Made by a program: the position numbers and the translations under genes. A DNA stretch of 64,000 nt. It comes from a virus (Duplodnaviria > Caudoviricetes). The DNA lies in IMG/VR virus record IMGVR_UViG_2706796244_000001, positions 1-64,000 of that record; one strand, 5' to 3'. Numbering within the stretch: position 1 is the stretch's first letter; every line of letters starts with the position of its first letter. The notes beneath the pieces were generated by a model. That model searched no databases and had not been told where the DNA came from. It worked only from the letters and a program-made list of their open reading frames with translations. Of this stretch, positions 62,302 through 64,000 are shown in pieces.

Positions 62302-62887
62302 TGCACTCTTCCAGCGGCACATGGCCGATTCGATTGGTCATCCAGCCGTAGGTGAAGTCGGTCATCTTCTCCAGGCTCATGTAGTGCATGGTCTGTTGGC
62401 CGTCGATCAGTTTGATCATGACCTGGCAGGCTGCCACCCGGCCACGCTTCTTCTCTAGTCCAACATAGCTCGCTATTGTGCCAGGTCCGATGTTGCCGTC
62501 CACGACTACCTTCGGGAAATCCTTGCCGTCCCGGCTCACGGCATTCAGCCCACGCTGGAACCAGAGGGACATTTGCCGTGTGCCTACGTTTACGCCACCG
62601 TCGATCACCCGTTTGCCCAGCGCAGGACTGCGGGCCACGATCTCGGTGAAGCCCGGCTTGTGCACGTAGCTCTCGGCGTAGATATCCAGGGCAGTCTCCA
62701 CCGGCAGGTCTCGCATGTCGCCGGTGTAGTCGTGGGCCCGAGCCACCTTCTCGGTGATGCCGTGATTGGTGGCACCGCCAGGATCTTTCGGGTTGTTGGA
62801 GTAGCCCTGCTCCAGAGCCACCGTGCCTCCAAGGATGGAGGCGATGATGGCGGCAATGCCGCCTGCTTTCTTGGGAGTCATCGCCAT
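62282..62887 (-). CDS. SAR endolysin, GH108 N-acetylmuramidase (N4 gp61-like, 201 aa)
   Basis: SD GAGG; G/A-rich anchor KKAGGIAAIIASILGG then EQGYSNNPKDPGGATNHGIT. Confidence 0.88.
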   Translation of the reverse strand: MAMTPKKAGGIAAIIASILGGTVALEQGYSNNPKDPGGATNHGITEKVARAHDYTGDMRDLPVETALDIYAESYVHKPGFTEIVARSPALGKRVIDGGVNVGTRQMSLWFQRGLNAVSRDGKDFPKVVVDGNIGPGTIASYVGLEKKRGRVAACQVMIKLIDGQQTMHYMSLEKMTDFTYGWMTNRIGHVPLEECNEKPPV

Positions 62888-62894
62888 GGCTACC

Positions 62895-63221
62895 TCACTT
62901 ACTGAACCAGCCGAAGATGGTGTCCTTGAAGAATACGGCGACGGAGAGCACGGCCACCACGCCAGACCAGATATAAGTGCCGGCCCGGCCAGCACCCACA
63001 ATCTTGTGCTTGACCTCGATGTAGTCGTTGAGGGTAGGCTGTGCCTTGGCCAGGGCGGCATCCAGATTGTCCAGCCGACCTTCCATCTTCGTCACCGCGG
63101 TCTTCGTGTCACCTGCCGACTGCTGAATTTCACGGACCATGGTGAAAAGGGTCTTCATGTTCTCTTCGTAGCGGGCCTCCAGCACCGCCATCTGTCGAGC
63201 AATATCGGGATGATCACTCAT
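62895..63221 (-). CDS. Holin-like protein (coiled coil plus C-terminal TM, 108 aa)
   Basis: TM YIWSGVVAVLSVAVFF; directly upstream of the endolysin; SD TAGGAG. Confidence 0.6.
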   Translation of the reverse strand: MSDHPDIARQMAVLEARYEENMKTLFTMVREIQQSAGDTKTAVTKMEGRLDNLDAALAKAQPTLNDYIEVKHKIVGAGRAGTYIWSGVVAVLSVAVFFKDTIFGWFSK

Positions 63222-63235
63222 TACGAGCTCCTATG

Positions 63236-63255
63236 AAAAAGGGGCCAATGGCCCC
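63236..63255 (-). terminator. Intrinsic terminator
   Basis: Minus strand GGGGCC-ATT-GGCCCC-TTTTT. Confidence 0.75.
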
Positions 63256-63266
63256 TGGGTTGAGGT

Positions 63267-64000
63267 TTAGCAGCCGCAGTCTCGCAGACGCTGCATGACG
63301 ATATTATCCCGCATCACCTGCGTATAGCTCCAAAGGTACTTGTACGGGATCTGCGCTTCAATGGCCAAGCCCAGAGCCTGGTCACAAGTTCGCCAGATAT
63401 AAGCATCCTCGGCCTTGAGCACAAAGCCGATGAAGTAATGGACCTCGCTCAGCGGGTAGTTCAGCAGATTGGTGGCTGCATCGAACGTCTTGGGCACCAG
63501 CTCGATATCCCCGGCAATGATCCAGTCGTAGTCCTCAATCTGCACGAAGTCGTAGTTGGGGTAGCTCCACTCGGCAATGGGGAAGTTCAGCCGGTAGGTC
63601 AGCTCCGACGCCGGGCTCATGATCTGCGGGGTAAAGAACAGCAGCGTGGCCTTGGAACCAGGGATGAGAGACTTCACCCGGTCACGGATGTAGTTGGTGC
63701 TGTCCCCCAGCTTCTTTCGCAGCCAGTCCACATACGGCCACTGGTTGCTGGCCACCGGGTCGAAGATGCTTTTGATGTAGGGAGTCGGCACCTGGTTGCC
63801 GGTCTCGGCCTCGTACAGGACCATCGTCGCAGGATCGTACAGGCAGGGTGCATTCTTCCCTTCCCCGGTCGAGTAGCTGCCGTCCCACCACCATGGTTCG
63901 CCGATCTGGAACAGCGGCTCCATGCCCAGGGCTACAGCCTCACGCAGGATCTGGGCCTGCACCGCAGAGATGTAGTTCAGGGCGTCGAAGTTGGTCGGCT
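63267..64000 (-). CDS. Tail-associated protein (non-contractile sheath-like TIM-barrel type), 5'-truncated by the window edge
   Basis: Frame open to the window end; [24 protein letters not shown] motifs. Confidence 0.55.
   Translation of the reverse strand, partial: PTNFDALNYISAVQAQILREAVALGMEPLFQIGEPWWWDGSYSTGEGKNAPCLYDPATMVLYEAETGNQVPTPYIKSIFDPVASNQWPYVDWLRKKLGDSTNYIRDRVKSLIPGSKATLLFFTPQIMSPASELTYRLNFPIAEWSYPNYDFVQIEDYDWIIAGDIELVPKTFDAATNLLNYPLSEVHYFIGFVLKAEDAYIWRTCDQALGLAIEAQIPYKYLWSYTQVMRDNIVMQRLRDCGC

Overview
The window is most of a lytic N4-like (Schitoviridae-type) podophage genome, GC-rich by eye (about 60%), which suggests a proteobacterial host. It has the canonical N4 layout. Rightward early/middle genes (199-38959) include gp1/gp2-like genes, the two-subunit RNA polymerase II, an Ig-like capsid decoration protein, a MoxR AAA+/vWA pair, dCTP deaminase, thymidylate synthase, a MazG-like pyrophosphatase, SF1 helicase, family A DNA polymerase, PD-(D/E)XK nuclease, primase, Sak4-like ATPase, SSB and a RusA-like resolvase. 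They converge at a bidirectional terminator (39061-39095) with leftward late genes: a 3413-aa virion RNA polymerase, ejection proteins, capsid, portal, Rz/Rz1, SAR endolysin, a holin-like gene and a truncated tail gene. Most interesting: (i) a dispersed ADP-ribose/NAD-signal counter-defence set (DarG-like macrodomain, SLOG protein, divergent NADAR-like protein, Tad2/DUF2829 sponge); (ii) a 236-nt hairpin-packed intergenic region with a switch-like RBS-sequestering structure upstream of an HTH gene; (iii) a recurring TGAACCA(A/G) box just 5' of many Shine-Dalgarno sites; (iv) an RKSLF motif shared by the SSB tail and the neighbouring RusA-fusion protein; (v) a scaffold-like gene split by an apparent 1-nt frameshift. 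I saw no tRNA, CRISPR array, integrase, intron or HNH element. All family calls come from motifs recognised by eye; no database search was run.
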